A stretch of DNA of 64,000 bases from NCBI RefSeq assembly GCF_055900595.2, contig NZ_CM148325.1. One strand, given 5' to 3'. Position numbers and translations under genes: made by a program. Below the pieces are notes generated by a model. That model was not told where the DNA came from, ran no database searches, and saw nothing but the letters and a program-made list of their open reading frames with translations. Positions 49,963 to 62,269 of the stretch are shown here, in pieces (positions within the stretch are counted from its first letter, which is position 1; each line of letters begins with the position of its first letter).

Positions 49963-50972
49963 AACAGTTCCTCCACCGGTTTAAAGCAAGCACGCAGACG
50001 GCCAAGCGTAAACTCTTCCAGCGGCGGTGCGCTACTACAAATTTCCATCGCATGCGGACAACGTGGCTGGAACGGGCAACCTTTCGGTAATCGCAACAGG
50101 TTTGGCGGATTACCCGGGATGGTCAACATTGTTTCACCTTCAGCATCGAGACGCGGCACCGCGTTGAGTAAACCGATAGAATAAGGATGAACGGGTTGAT
50201 AAAAGACATCGCGCGCGTTGCCATATTCCATCGTGCGCCCGGCGTACATTACCAGCACTTTGTCGCAGATCCCTGCCACCACGCCAAGATCGTGGGTGAT
50301 CATAATGATGGCGGTATTAAATTCCCGCTTCAGTTCATTCAATAGCGTCATGATCTGCGCCTGTACGGTGACGTCCAGCGCAGTAGTGGGTTCATCAGCA
50401 ATCAGCAGCTTAGGTCGACATAGCAATGCCATCGCAATCATGACTCTTTGACGCATGCCGCCAGAAAATTCATGCGGAAACATCTTCATGCGTTTACGCG
50501 CTTCCGGCATTTTTACCGCATCGAGCATCCGCACCGACTCTTCAAACGCCTCAGATTTGCTCATGTTCTTATGCAACATCAGCACTTCCATCAACTGCTC
50601 ACCGACGCGCATATAGGGATTCAACGAAGTCATCGGATCCTGAAAAATCATTGAGATTTGTTCAGCACGCAGTTTATTGAGTTCACGCTCTGGCAAATTG
50701 AGGATTTCACGCCCATTGAAGGTTGCCGAGCCGCCAATACGCCCATTGGCAGCCAGCAGGCCCATCAACGCAAATGCAGTTTGCGATTTACCCGAACCAG
50801 ACTCACCGACAATGCCCAGCGTTTCCCCGGCACGTAGAGAAAAATTCAAATCATTGACCGCCGTGACGTCGCCGTCCGGGGTACTAAAGGTGACACGCAA
50901 ATCTTTCACGTTCAGCAGTGCGTCAGCCTGTTGTTGTGCGAGCGGCACAGTTGCAGTTTCAATTACGCTCAT
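49959..50972 (-). CDS. oppD: oligopeptide ABC transporter ATP-binding protein OppD
   Basis: 337 aa; Walker A GESGSGKS, ABC signature FSGGMRQR. Confidence 0.95.
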   Translation of the reverse strand: MSVIETATVPLAQQQADALLNVKDLRVTFSTPDGDVTAVNDLNFSLRAGETLGIVGESGSGKSQTAFALMGLLAANGRIGGSATFNGREILNLPERELNKLRAEQISMIFQDPMTSLNPYMRVGEQLMEVLMLHKNMSKSEAFEESVRMLDAVKMPEARKRMKMFPHEFSGGMRQRVMIAMALLCRPKLLIADEPTTALDVTVQAQIMTLLNELKREFNTAIIMITHDLGVVAGICDKVLVMYAGRTMEYGNARDVFYQPVHPYSIGLLNAVPRLDAEGETMLTIPGNPPNLLRLPKGCPFQPRCPHAMEICSSAPPLEEFTLGRLRACFKPVEELL

Positions 50973-50983
50973 GGCTGCACTCC

Positions 50984-51892
50984 TTAACGATCTTTCGGGT
51001 CGAGGGCATCACGCAAGCCATCGCCGATAAAGTTGAAACAAAATAGCGTCACCACGAGGAATCCCGCTGGGAACAACAGTAACCATGGAGAGACTTCCAT
51101 CGAGTTCGCGCCATCACTCAGCAATGCGCCCCAGCTGCTTAACGGCTCTTGCGTCCCCAACCCCAGGAAGCTAAGGAAAGATTCAAAGAGGATCATGCTG
51201 GGCACCAGTAGCGATGCGTAGACCACCACCACACCGAGTACGTTCGGTACAATGTGGCGAATAACAATGCCCGGCGTCGATACACCGCCAACTTGTGCCG
51301 CCTCAATAAACTCTTTACGCTTCAGACTCAGGGTTTGCCCACGCACAATACGAGCCATATCCAGCCAGGAAACCATGCCAATCGCCACGAAAATCAGCAG
51401 GATGTTTTGACCGAAAAAGGTCACCAGCAAAATGACGAAGAACATGAATGGGAAGGAGTTGAGGATTTCCAGCAGACGCATCATTACCGAATCCACTTTA
51501 CCGCCCAGATAACCGGAAAGCGAACCATAAAGTGTCCCCACGACCACTGCCACCAGTGCCGCAGCAACACCGACCATGAGTGAGATACGCCCGCCAATCG
51601 CAACACGCACAAGCAGGTCGCGACCGGATGAGTCAGTACCAAAGTAGTGACCGGACTCCATATCTGGGGCGCTGGACATCATCGCCCAGTCAGTATCGTC
51701 ATAGGCAAACTGCGAAAGCATCGGTGCCAGGATTACAAATAACGCGATTAGCACCAGCACTATCAGACTGGCAACCGCCGCACGGTTATGCATAAAACGT
51801 CGACGTGCGTCCTGCCACAAGCTGCGCCCTTCGACCTCCAGCTTTTCACTGAAATTTTCCAGCGTCTCGCTGTTTTTCTTACTTAACATCAT
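50984..51892 (-). CDS. oppC: oligopeptide ABC transporter permease OppC
   Basis: 302-aa permease; operon position. Confidence 0.95.
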   Translation of the reverse strand: MMLSKKNSETLENFSEKLEVEGRSLWQDARRRFMHNRAAVASLIVLVLIALFVILAPMLSQFAYDDTDWAMMSSAPDMESGHYFGTDSSGRDLLVRVAIGGRISLMVGVAAALVAVVVGTLYGSLSGYLGGKVDSVMMRLLEILNSFPFMFFVILLVTFFGQNILLIFVAIGMVSWLDMARIVRGQTLSLKRKEFIEAAQVGGVSTPGIVIRHIVPNVLGVVVVYASLLVPSMILFESFLSFLGLGTQEPLSSWGALLSDGANSMEVSPWLLLFPAGFLVVTLFCFNFIGDGLRDALDPKDR

Positions 51893-51906
51893 CGCGAGCT
51901 CCAGTA

Positions 51907-52827
51907 TCAGTAACGGATTTTCGGGTCGATAACCGCATATAGCACATCGACAATGGCATTAAACAAAATGGTTAACGCGCCAACCAGAATGGTCAGACTT
52001 AACACTAAGGAATAGTCACGATTCAATGCGCCATTAACGAACAATTGCCCAATCCCCGGTAAACCATAAATGGTTTCGATGACCATAGAACCGGTAATAA
52101 TGCCGACAAATGCAGGGCCCATATAGGAGAGCACGGGTAACAGAGCAGGTTTTAATGCGTGGCGTAAAATGATCCGCCGCATAGGTAACCCTTTCGCCCG
52201 GGCAGTACGAATAAAGTTGGAGTGTAATACTTCAATCATAGAGCCACGGGTAATACGCGCAATACTGGCGATATAGGCGAGTGACAACGCCACCATTGGC
52301 AGTATCATGAATTTAAGCGCACCACCATTCCAGCCACCGCCCGGCAGCCAATGCAAAATGATCGCAAATATCATGACTAATAATGGCGCAACCACAAAAC
52401 TGGGGATAACAACCCCGGTCATTGCCAGCCCCATCACGGTATAGTCCCATTTGGTGTTTTGTTTTAATGCGGCAATAACGCCAGCACTAACACCCAGTAT
52501 TACCGCAAGGAAAAATGCTGCGGCTCCCAGTTTGGCAGAAACGGGAAAACTGGATGCAACCAGGTCGTTGACCGAATAATCTTTATATTTAAACGATGGA
52601 CCGAAATCGCCATGCGCCAGTTGTTTCAGGTAGCTGAAATACTGTGTCATGATCGGATCATTAAGATGATATTTCGCTTCGATATTGGCCATCACTTCTG
52701 GCGGTAAAGTACGTTCGCCGGTAAAAGGGCTTCCCGGCGCGAGGCGCATCATGAAGAACGAAATAGTAATAAGAATAAATAGCGTCGGAATCGCTTCCAG
52801 ACAGCGACGTAGAATAAATTTTAACAT
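51907..52827 (-). CDS. oppB: oligopeptide ABC transporter permease OppB
   Basis: 306-aa permease; operon position. Confidence 0.95.
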   Translation of the reverse strand: MLKFILRRCLEAIPTLFILITISFFMMRLAPGSPFTGERTLPPEVMANIEAKYHLNDPIMTQYFSYLKQLAHGDFGPSFKYKDYSVNDLVASSFPVSAKLGAAAFFLAVILGVSAGVIAALKQNTKWDYTVMGLAMTGVVIPSFVVAPLLVMIFAIILHWLPGGGWNGGALKFMILPMVALSLAYIASIARITRGSMIEVLHSNFIRTARAKGLPMRRIILRHALKPALLPVLSYMGPAFVGIITGSMVIETIYGLPGIGQLFVNGALNRDYSLVLSLTILVGALTILFNAIVDVLYAVIDPKIRY

Positions 52828-52912
52828 TGCCCTACCTTCTGGCCTGTGCCTTCTGTAATGCGATAAAAATCAGACACCGTGGAGCAGGACACTCCTGCCC
52901 CACGTATTGCCA

Positions 52913-54544
52913 TTAGTGCTTCACAATGTACATATTCCGGGTGTAGGTATTATCCAGCGGATCTTTGCCGGTATAGCCACCAACCCACGGTTTCACCAGA
53001 CGCGCATTCACGTAGTAATAAACAGGAACAATGGCCGAATCCTTATCCAGCTGTTGTTCTGCTTTAGTGTACAGAGCTGTGCGCTGCGCCTCGTCAGTCG
53101 CTTTCAGCGTTTCCGCCATAATGCTGTCAAAGGCCGGGCTCTTATAATGCGCGGTATTCATCGAGCTGTTCGACAGCATGGTGTTCAGGAAGGAAGTTGG
53201 TTCGTTGTAGTCTGCGCACCAGCCTGCACGGGCCACATCAAAAGTGCCCTGGTGACGGGTGTCGAGGAACGTTTTCCACTCCTGGTTAACCAGTTTGACG
53301 TTTACACCAATGTTTTTCTTCCACAATGAAGAGGCAGCAATCGCCAGCTTTTTATGCAGATCGGAGGTGTTATACAACAGGTTGATGGTCAACGGTTTGT
53401 CTGCGGTATAACCCGCTTCAGCCAGCAGTTTTTTCGCTTCTTCGTTACGTTTTTCCTGGCTCCAGCCAAACCATTCCGGCTGAGTCAATTTTGCGCCATC
53501 AGTATACGGTGGAGTGTAACCATAGGCGGGCATGTCGCCCTGCGCTTTCACTTTATTAACAATGATATCGCGGTCCATACCCAGTTTCAGTGCGGTACGC
53601 ACACGTACATCGTTGAATGGCGGTTTCTGGTTGTTAATTTCGTAATAATAAGTGCACAGGTATGGATCAACGTGAACTTCGTCCGGGATCTCTTTTTTCA
53701 GCTTCTGGAACAATTCGATCGGCATGTTGTTATAAGTCATGTCGATTTCACCACTACGGTAGCGGTTGACATCGGTAACTTCAGAAGCAATAGGCAAATA
53801 GGTTACCTGGTTAATAACGGTTTTCGCGTTGTTCCAGTAGGTTGGGCTGCGTTCAAGAACGATTCGTTCGTTTACGACCCAATCTTTTAAGGTATAGGCA
53901 CCGTTGGTGATGATATTACCAGGCTGGGTCCATTTTTCGCCGAATTTCTCGATAGCGGCTTTTGGCACCGGTGAAGTTGATGGGTGAACAAGTAATTTAT
54001 AGAAGTACGGAACAGGTTCACTTAAGGTGACTTCTAATGTGTGATCATCAATAGCTTTCACGCCGAGATCGGTAATCGGTTTTTTCCCTTCAAGAATTTC
54101 ATCAATACCGGCGATATGCCCATATTGCAGATAACTGGCATACGGAGAAGCGGTGTTTGGATCAACAGAACGTTGCCAGCTATACACAAAGTCTTGTGCT
54201 GTGACTGGCGTGCCATCAGACCATTTCGCATCTTTACGCAAATGGAAGGTCCAGACTTTCGCGTCTTTATTATCCCAGGATTCAGCGACGCCAGGTGCCG
54301 GATGACCGTCAAGATCGCTGACCAGTAAGCCTTCAAACAGGTCTCGGCTGATATTAGACTCCGGAACACCTTCAATTTTATGCGGATCCAATGACTGAAC
54401 TTCTGAACCATTGTTACGTACCAGCGTTTGTTTTTCCGCCAGTGTGACGCCTGCGGGTACATCAGCTGCCAGCGCGACATTCCCTGCCATAAGCGCAGCC
54501 AGAACGCCAGCTGCTACTAAACTTCTCTTGGTGATGTTGGTCAT
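52913..54544 (-). CDS. oppA: periplasmic oligopeptide-binding protein OppA
   Basis: 543 aa starting MTNITKRSLVAAGVLAALMAGNVALA (signal peptide); family 5 solute-binding protein. Confidence 0.95.
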   Translation of the reverse strand: MTNITKRSLVAAGVLAALMAGNVALAADVPAGVTLAEKQTLVRNNGSEVQSLDPHKIEGVPESNISRDLFEGLLVSDLDGHPAPGVAESWDNKDAKVWTFHLRKDAKWSDGTPVTAQDFVYSWQRSVDPNTASPYASYLQYGHIAGIDEILEGKKPITDLGVKAIDDHTLEVTLSEPVPYFYKLLVHPSTSPVPKAAIEKFGEKWTQPGNIITNGAYTLKDWVVNERIVLERSPTYWNNAKTVINQVTYLPIASEVTDVNRYRSGEIDMTYNNMPIELFQKLKKEIPDEVHVDPYLCTYYYEINNQKPPFNDVRVRTALKLGMDRDIIVNKVKAQGDMPAYGYTPPYTDGAKLTQPEWFGWSQEKRNEEAKKLLAEAGYTADKPLTINLLYNTSDLHKKLAIAASSLWKKNIGVNVKLVNQEWKTFLDTRHQGTFDVARAGWCADYNEPTSFLNTMLSNSSMNTAHYKSPAFDSIMAETLKATDEAQRTALYTKAEQQLDKDSAIVPVYYYVNARLVKPWVGGYTGKDPLDNTYTRNMYIVKH

Positions 54545-55279
54545 TGTTTTTTGGACTCCCTCATTATAATTACTGGTATTAACCAGCATGTGTAATCCCG
54601 GATTGGGACCCTGCACAGGCTCGGAGACTTTCTGCTGTCAGGTTACTTTATCGTTACGGATTGCTATCACCGACTTTATTTATTCTGGTGATTCAGACGA
54701 TCACCTTATGTCGATTCGTACTGTGTCTCCCCTGTCGAGACACATTATTCTTTTGCGACGCTCTTTAATTGTTAATTATTCTCATTACCAATAAAAATCG
54801 CCTGGCGGTTGGTCGGAAAGTACCAAATGCGCTTCTTACTCGCCAATACATTTTGCAAAATTGTTAAGCAATTCTCTTTTATTGACCGTATCAGAATCTA
54901 TAGCTTGTATCCATGTCTTAACAAACATCTTTCAATTCAATCAAATAGAGATTGGTTAAGCATGTCTATCTTTTCTGATTACAGTTCCAGTAGTGAAATG
55001 CACAATAATTTAACAATTGATTGTTATTTAGCACTTTCCTCTACCAAAGGCAGTGGAATTACTAATATCATTTCAATTATTCTTCAGCAAGCCCAGGATT
55101 ATGATGTGGCGAAAATAACATGATGGTGAGGCGAAGCAGTTAAGGAAATCCTTATAAATAACTGTAATTTCAGAGGAATATTCTGACCTATTCCTTTTGC
55201 TTTTGATAACTGCGCGGGAACAAAGTAAAAATAATGACGATAAAACGGAGCATGTCAGCTCCGTTTCATTTGAAAGGAA

Positions 55280-55927
55280 TTAATTAAGCAGGCCGGGGAA
55301 AATCCCCTTAATACCAGTAACGATAAATTCAATCCCCAACGCCATCAGCAATAGCCCCATAATACGCGTAATCACGTTGATGCCGGTCTGGCGTAAAACC
55401 CGTACCAGCCACGGTGCCATGCGGAACAATCCCCAGCAGCATAAAGCAAACAATGCAATAGCCACAAAGAAACCAAACAGATAGCTAATACTGTGATAAC
55501 GCGTACCCCAGACGATGGTGGAACTAATCGCCCCTGGCCCCGCCATCAACGGCAACGCCAATGGCACTACACCAATGCTTTCACGTACCGCGGTTTCTGA
55601 TTTTTCTTGCTTGTTCTGTTTATCCTCGCCGAGCTTGCCGCTGATCATCGACATCGCAATCGTCACCACCAGGATGCCACCGGCGATACGGAACGAATCA
55701 ATTGATATACCAAAAAGCTGTAGAATCGTGTCGCCGAGAAAAAGCGAGATCCACAAGATAATGGCCACAGACAGGTTGGCTGTAAGGTTCGTTTTGTTTC
55801 GCGCTGCCGCTGTCTGATAACTGGTCATGCTGATAAAGACGGGAATAATCCCAACCGGGTTGACCAGCGCAAATAACCCGATGAAAAATTTGAAGTAAAC
55901 GGGAAAATCAAAAAGGGTCTGAATCAC
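55280..55927 (-). CDS. ychE: MarC-family inner membrane protein YchE
   Basis: 215-aa polytopic membrane protein between oppA and adhE. Confidence 0.9.
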   Translation of the reverse strand: MIQTLFDFPVYFKFFIGLFALVNPVGIIPVFISMTSYQTAAARNKTNLTANLSVAIILWISLFLGDTILQLFGISIDSFRIAGGILVVTIAMSMISGKLGEDKQNKQEKSETAVRESIGVVPLALPLMAGPGAISSTIVWGTRYHSISYLFGFFVAIALFALCCWGLFRMAPWLVRVLRQTGINVITRIMGLLLMALGIEFIVTGIKGIFPGLLN

Positions 55928-56403
55928 GGTTAGCTCCGAAGCAAAAGCCGGATAATGTTAGCCATAAAAAGGTTAAAAAGACGCGCTGACAATACGCCTT
56001 TTAACCGCATTTTTCACCTCCTAACTACTTAAAATTGCTATCATTCGTTATTGTTATCTAGTTGTACAAAACATGCTAATGTAACCAACAAACCATACTA
56101 CAATTTATTAACTGTTAGCTATAATGGCGAAAAGCGATGCTGAAAGGTGTCAGCTTCGCAAAAATTTGATTTGGATCACGTAATCAGTACCCAGAAGTGA
56201 GTAATCTTGCTTACGCCACCTGGAAGTGACGCATTAGAGATAAATAGCTCTAATGTTTAAACTCTTTTAGTAAATCACAGTGAGTGTGAGCGCGAGTAAG
56301 CTTTTGATTTTCATCGGTTAAGCAAATCATCACCGCACTGACTATACTCTCGTATTCGAGCAGATGATTTACTAAAAAAGTTTAACATTATCAGGAGAGC
56401 ATT

Positions 56404-59079
56404 ATGGCTGTTACTAATGTCGCTGAACTTAACGCACTCGTAGAGCGTGTAAAAAAAGCCCAGCGTGAATATGCCAGTTTCACTCAAGAGCAAGTAGACA
56501 AAATCTTCCGCGCCGCCGCCCTGGCAGCTGCAGATGCTCGAATCCCACTCGCGAAAATGGCCGTTGCCGAATCCGGCATGGGTATCGTCGAAGATAAAGT
56601 AATCAAAAACCACTTTGCTTCTGAATATATCTACAACGCCTATAAAGATGAAAAAACCTGTGGTGTTCTGTCTGAAGACGACACTTTTGGTACCATCACT
56701 ATCGCTGAACCAATCGGTATTATTTGCGGTATCGTTCCGACTACTAACCCGACTTCAACGGCTATCTTCAAATCGCTGATCAGCCTGAAGACCCGTAACG
56801 CCATTATCTTCTCCCCGCACCCGCGTGCAAAAGATGCAACCAACAAAGCTGCAGATATTGTTCTGCAGGCTGCTATCGCTGCTGGTGCGCCGAAAGACCT
56901 GATTGGCTGGATCGATCAACCTTCTGTTGAACTGTCTAACGCGCTGATGCACCACCCAGACATCAACCTGATCCTCGCGACCGGTGGTCCGGGTATGGTT
57001 AAAGCCGCATACAGCTCCGGTAAACCAGCTATCGGCGTAGGCGCGGGTAACACTCCAGTCGTTATCGATGAAACTGCTGATATCAAACGTGCAGTTGCAT
57101 CTGTACTGATGTCTAAAACCTTCGACAACGGCGTAATCTGTGCTTCTGAACAATCTGTTGTTGTAGTTGACTCTGTTTATGACGCGGTACGTGAGCGTTT
57201 CGCTACCCACGGCGGTTACATACTGCAGGGCAAAGAGCTGAAAGCAGTTCAGGACGTTATCCTGAAAAACGGCGCACTGAACGCAGCTATCGTTGGTCAG
57301 CCAGCCTATAAAATTGCTGAACTGGCAGGCTTCTCTGTACCAGAAAATACCAAGATTCTGATCGGTGAAGTGACCGTTGTTGATGAAAGCGAACCGTTCG
57401 CACATGAAAAACTGTCCCCGACTCTGGCAATGTACCGTGCTAAAGATTTCGAAGACGCGGTAGAAAAAGCAGAGAAACTGGTTGCTATGGGCGGCATCGG
57501 TCATACCTCTTGCCTGTACACTGACCAGGATAACCAACCGGCTCGCGTTGCCTACTTCGGTCAGAAAATGAAAACGGCCCGTATTCTGATCAACACCCCG
57601 GCGTCTCAGGGTGGTATCGGTGACCTGTATAACTTCAAACTCGCACCTTCCCTGACTCTGGGTTGTGGTTCCTGGGGTGGTAACTCCATCTCTGAAAACG
57701 TTGGTCCGAAACACCTGATCAACAAGAAAACCGTTGCTAAGCGAGCTGAAAACATGTTGTGGCACAAACTTCCGAAATCTATCTACTTCCGCCGTGGCTC
57801 TCTGCCAATCGCGCTGGATGAAGTGATTACTGATGGCCACAAACGTGCGCTCATCGTGACTGACCGCTTCCTGTTCAACAATGGTTATGCTGATCAGATC
57901 ACTTCCGTACTGAAAGCAGCAGGCGTTGAAACTGAAGTCTTCTTCGAAGTAGAAGCTGACCCGACCCTGAGCATCGTTCGTAAAGGTGCAGAACTGGCAA
58001 ACTCCTTCAAACCAGACGTGATTATCGCGCTGGGTGGTGGTTCCCCGATGGATGCCGCGAAGATCATGTGGGTCATGTACGAGCATCCAGAAACTCACTT
58101 CGAAGAACTGGCGCTGCGCTTTATGGATATCCGTAAACGTATCTACAAGTTCCCGAAAATGGGCGTGAAAGCGAAAATGATCGCTGTCACCACCACTTCT
58201 GGTACAGGTTCTGAAGTCACTCCGTTTGCGGTTGTAACTGACGACGCTACTGGTCAGAAATATCCGCTGGCAGACTATGCGCTGACCCCGGATATGGCGA
58301 TTGTCGATGCCAACCTGGTTATGGACATGCCGAAGTCCCTGTGTGCTTTCGGTGGTCTGGACGCAGTAACTCACGCCATGGAAGCTTATGTTTCTGTACT
58401 GGCATCTGAGTTCTCTGATGGTCAGGCACTGCAGGCACTGAAACTGCTGAAAGAATATCTGCCAGCGTCCTACCACGAAGGATCTAAAAATCCGGTAGCG
58501 CGTGAACGTGTTCACAGTGCAGCAACTATCGCTGGTATCGCGTTTGCGAACGCCTTCCTGGGTGTATGTCACTCAATGGCGCACAAACTGGGTTCCCAGT
58601 TCCATATTCCGCACGGTCTGGCAAACGCCCTGCTGATTTGTAACGTTATTCGCTACAACGCGAATGACAACCCGACCAAGCAGACTGCATTCAGCCAGTA
58701 TGACCGTCCGCAGGCTCGCCGTCGTTATGCTGAAATTGCTGACCACCTGGGTCTGAGCGCACCGGGCGACCGTACTGCTGCTAAGATCGAGAAACTGCTG
58801 GCATGGCTGGAAACGCTGAAAGCTGAACTGGGTATTCCGAAATCTATCCGTGAAGCTGGCGTTCAGGAAGCAGACTTCCTGGCGAATGTGGATAAACTGT
58901 CTGAAGATGCATTCGATGACCAGTGCACCGGCGCTAACCCGCGTTACCCACTGATCTCCGAGCTGAAACAGATTCTGCTGGATACCTACTACGGTCGTGA
59001 TTATGTAGAAGGTGAAACTGTAGCGAAAAAAGAAGCCGCTCCGGCTAAAGCTGAGAAAAAAGCGAAGAAATCCGCTTAA
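56404..59079 (+). CDS. adhE: bifunctional aldehyde/alcohol dehydrogenase AdhE
   Basis: 891-aa ORF starting [26 protein letters not shown]; ALDH and Fe-ADH domains. Confidence 0.97.
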   Translation: MAVTNVAELNALVERVKKAQREYASFTQEQVDKIFRAAALAAADARIPLAKMAVAESGMGIVEDKVIKNHFASEYIYNAYKDEKTCGVLSEDDTFGTITIAEPIGIICGIVPTTNPTSTAIFKSLISLKTRNAIIFSPHPRAKDATNKAADIVLQAAIAAGAPKDLIGWIDQPSVELSNALMHHPDINLILATGGPGMVKAAYSSGKPAIGVGAGNTPVVIDETADIKRAVASVLMSKTFDNGVICASEQSVVVVDSVYDAVRERFATHGGYILQGKELKAVQDVILKNGALNAAIVGQPAYKIAELAGFSVPENTKILIGEVTVVDESEPFAHEKLSPTLAMYRAKDFEDAVEKAEKLVAMGGIGHTSCLYTDQDNQPARVAYFGQKMKTARILINTPASQGGIGDLYNFKLAPSLTLGCGSWGGNSISENVGPKHLINKKTVAKRAENMLWHKLPKSIYFRRGSLPIALDEVITDGHKRALIVTDRFLFNNGYADQITSVLKAAGVETEVFFEVEADPTLSIVRKGAELANSFKPDVIIALGGGSPMDAAKIMWVMYEHPETHFEELALRFMDIRKRIYKFPKMGVKAKMIAVTTTSGTGSEVTPFAVVTDDATGQKYPLADYALTPDMAIVDANLVMDMPKSLCAFGGLDAVTHAMEAYVSVLASEFSDGQALQALKLLKEYLPASYHEGSKNPVARERVHSAATIAGIAFANAFLGVCHSMAHKLGSQFHIPHGLANALLICNVIRYNANDNPTKQTAFSQYDRPQARRRYAEIADHLGLSAPGDRTAAKIEKLLAWLETLKAELGIPKSIREAGVQEADFLANVDKLSEDAFDDQCTGANPRYPLISELKQILLDTYYGRDYVEGETVAKKEAAPAKAEKKAKKSA

Positions 59080-59103
59080 TAAGTAGCACTGTCTGGCAAC
59101 ATA

Positions 59104-59131
59104 AACGGTCCCTTCTGGGGCCGTTTTTTTG
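59104..59131 (+). terminator. adhE intrinsic terminator
   Basis: ACGGTCCCTTCTGGGGCCGT hairpin followed by TTTTTTT. Confidence 0.75.
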
Positions 59132-59381
59132 TTTTACCCAAAGCAACTTTCCCATAAACCGACAGCATTTGCCTTCATCATATTTACGGCGATGTATAAC
59201 GCCTACACACAGCGATATTGTACTTTACGGGTCACAAGTCAACGTCACTGTAAAAGCGATCTGTGAGGGGTATAGTGGCGTTAAAGAACTGTCGAGAAGG
59301 GTATATACACCGGATGAAGTGCGTAAAATGAACTGACAGGATAAAAGCGCTCTGCTCACCCTGTCAGTAAAGAAATTCTTA

Positions 59382-59999
59382 TTAATCGTGGCGATGCCTT
59401 TCCTGAATAGCCGTTAATGAGCCGACTTCTAACGCCTCTTTATAGTGTTTGCGGCATACAGAAACGTAGCGTTCATTACCACCAATAACCACCTGCTCAC
59501 CTTCGTTATAAGGTCTGCCTGCTTGATCAAGACGCAGCACCATGCTTGCTTTACGGCCACAAAAACAGATGGTTTTTAATTCAACCAGTTTGTCGGACCA
59601 TGCCAGTAAGTATTGGCTGCCAACAAATAATTCACCTCGAAAATCGGTACGTAAACCATAACAAAGTACGGGTATATCGAGTTGATCTACAACCTCCGAT
59701 AATTCATATACTTGTTGTCTGGTTAAAAACTGGCATTCATCAACCAGTACGCAATGAATTGCCTGCTGTTCATGTTCCGCACGAATCTCATCAAATAATG
59801 ATGAATTTTGGTTAAATAATTTTGCAGGCGATGACAAACCTATACGCGAGCTGACTTTCCCGGCACCAAAGCGATCATCAATTTCTGCCGTATATACGAC
59901 AGTGCGCATGCCGCGTTCCTGGTAATTGTATGAAGATTGCAACAATGCTGTAGACTTACCCGCATTCATTGCGGAATAGTAGAAATATAGCTGTGCCAT
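59382..59999 (-). CDS. tdk: thymidine kinase
   Basis: 205 aa; Walker A MNAGKST; C-terminal zinc Cys pairs. Confidence 0.95.
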   Translation of the reverse strand: MAQLYFYYSAMNAGKSTALLQSSYNYQERGMRTVVYTAEIDDRFGAGKVSSRIGLSSPAKLFNQNSSLFDEIRAEHEQQAIHCVLVDECQFLTRQQVYELSEVVDQLDIPVLCYGLRTDFRGELFVGSQYLLAWSDKLVELKTICFCGRKASMVLRLDQAGRPYNEGEQVVIGGNERYVSVCRKHYKEALEVGSLTAIQERHRHD

Positions 60000-60602
60000 C
60001 AGCCACAGGCCCTCAATGATATGAATTAAAGTTGGCTGGAGTTTATCATAATTCGTCAGTTTTTCAGCTCAACAGTATGCATAGAAGTGGTATATGCGTT
60101 CTCCCTTACGAAGCCTTCCATAATCCTTCTGAGCTATCATTACAACTGCCTCGCTTGTTATAAGCGGGTAAATGACTGCTGGTAACTATTCACAATCTTT
60201 AACCTGTTGCGCAAGTAATAGCCCTCTGTTGACCTCCTGGAGATAGTGCAATACTAAGTCCCTGCTCTTATTGCGACTGTTCTACTTTTCATCATTCGCT
60301 TAATAGGGAATTCTCGTAAACACGACTAATACAGAAGACTGAAAGGTCGTCAGCCTACGATAATCTCCCCATAAAATGTGACATGAATCAGGAAGTTTTA
60401 ACCTCACGTGCTGCGAAATCATCGGCGCAAATAGGGCTATATGCCGCGTCTTTTCTGGCTAATTTTATGAAAAGATATTTATTGGCGGCACAAAATAAAG
60501 AACAATTTTGAATTCCTTACATTCCTGGCTATTGCACAACTGAATTTAAGGCTCTATTATTACCTCAACAAACCACCCCAATATAAGTTTGAGATTACTA
60601 CA

Positions 60603-61016
60603 ATGAGCGAAGCACTTAAAATTCTGAACAACATCCGTACTCTTCGTGCGCAGGCAAGAGAATGTACACTTGAAACGCTGGAAGAAATGCTGGAAAAATT
60701 AGAAGTTGTTGTTAACGAACGTCGCGAAGAAGAAAGCGCGGCTGCTGCTGAAGTTGAAGAGCGCACTCGTAAACTGCAGCAATATCGCGAAATGCTGATC
60801 GCTGACGGTATTGACCCGAACGAACTGCTGAATAGCCTTGCTGCCGTTAAATCTGGCACCAAAGCTAAACGCGCTCAGCGTCCGGCAAAATACAGCTACG
60901 TTGACGAAAACGGCGAAACTAAAACCTGGACTGGCCAGGGTCGTACTCCAGCTGTAATCAAAAAAGCAATGGATGAGCAAGGTAAATCCCTCGACGATTT
61001 CCTGATCAAGCAATAA
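60603..61016 (+). CDS. hns: nucleoid-associated protein H-NS
   Basis: 137 aa [20 protein letters not shown]...TWTGQGRTP... Confidence 0.97.
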
Positions 61017-61039
61017 TCTTTTGTAGATGACACTTGCTT

Positions 61040-61068
61040 AAAATCCCGCCATTGGCGGGATTTTTTAT
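61040..61068 (+). terminator. hns intrinsic terminator
   Basis: AAATCCCGCCATTGGCGGGATTTTTTATT. Confidence 0.85.
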
Positions 61069-61103
61069 TGTCCGGTTTAAGACAATTTAATAAGAATAAG
61101 CTA

Positions 61104-61137
61104 TAAAAAAACGGCGTCGATTGCTCAACGCCGTTTC
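61104..61137 (-). terminator. galU intrinsic terminator
   Basis: Minus strand CGAAACGGCGTTGAGCAATCGACGCCGTTTTTTT. Confidence 0.8.
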
Positions 61138-61159
61138 GTGGATAACACCGATACGGAAG

Positions 61160-62068
61160 TTACTTCTTAATGCCCATCTCTTCTTCAAGCCAGGCTTTAA
61201 ATTCCGTGCCAAGGGTGTTATGACGAATACCGTATTCAACGAAGGCCTGCATGTAACCTAATTTATTACCGCAGTCATGGCTCTTCCCTTTCATATGATA
61301 GGCTTCCACCGTTTCTTTTTCGATCAGCATATCAATTGCGTCGGTGAGCTGAATTTCATCACCAGCACCCGGAGGGGTTTTTGCCAGCAACGGCCAAATA
61401 TCCGCGCTAAGAACGTAACGACCCACAATAGCGAGATTAGACGGCGCAACATCCGCTTTTGGTTTTTCAACCACGCCAACCATCGGTACGCTTTCACCCG
61501 GCGCTAATTCAACGCCTTTGCAATCCACAACGCCATATGCGGTCACATCAGCAACCGGTTCAACCATGATCTGGCTATGACCCGTTTCATCAAAGCGGCG
61601 GATCATCTCTGCCAGGTTATCCTGTGACAAATCGGATTCATATTCATCCAGAATAACGTCAGGCAAAATAACAGCCACAGGTTCATCACCCACTACCGGG
61701 TGAGCACACAATACCGCGTGTCCCAGGCCTTTCGCCAGCCCCTGACGAACTTGCATAATAGTCACGTGCGGCGGACAAATAGACTGCACTTCATCAAGCA
61801 GTTGACGTTTTACACGTTTTTCCAGCATTGCTTCCAGTTCAAAACTGGTATCAAAGTGGTTTTCAATAGAGTTTTTAGATGAGTGAGTAACCAGCACAAT
61901 TTCAGTAATGCCAGCCGCAATACATTCATTCACGACGTATTGAATTAATGGCTTATCGACAAGTGGCAGCATCTCTTTCGGGATGGCTTTCGTCGCCGGC
62001 AACATCCTGGTTCCTAATCCCGCAACGGGGATAACGGCTTTTTTGACTTTCGTATTAATGGCAGCCAT
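61160..62068 (-). CDS. galU: UTP--glucose-1-phosphate uridylyltransferase GalU
   Basis: 302 aa starting [35 protein letters not shown]. Confidence 0.97.
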
Positions 62069-62269
62069 TTAAATTCTCCTGGACTGTTCGTGTTTTGAAC
62101 GTGTTCATATTTCTGTATCGCATCCCAGTATATCAGCACCCCGAAGGGGCTAAGTTATGAAAAGGAGGCGAGTTAGCATAATTAAGACAATTACTTATAC
62201 GAATGGCGACGATAGTACCACCAGCCGACATTAGCAGGTAATGCAAATTTAGCCCGCGTTATCGTTTGC

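Noticed and set aside
53354-54480. ORFs overlapping oppA in other frames
   Set aside because: oppA is unambiguous; the alternatives are shadow ORFs.
54617-55279. 104-aa plus-strand ORF (54809..55123) between oppA and ychE
   Set aside because: AT-rich long oppA 5' leader/promoter region; low-complexity translation, no RBS noticed; more likely regulatory DNA than a gene.
56755-58572. 605-aa minus-strand ORF
   Set aside because: Entirely antisense to adhE, which is unambiguous; long antisense frames are expected by chance here.
60000-60602. Possible gene or mobile remnant in the ~600-bp tdk-hns intergenic region
   Set aside because: AT-rich, no convincing ORF; consistent with the long curved hns promoter region.
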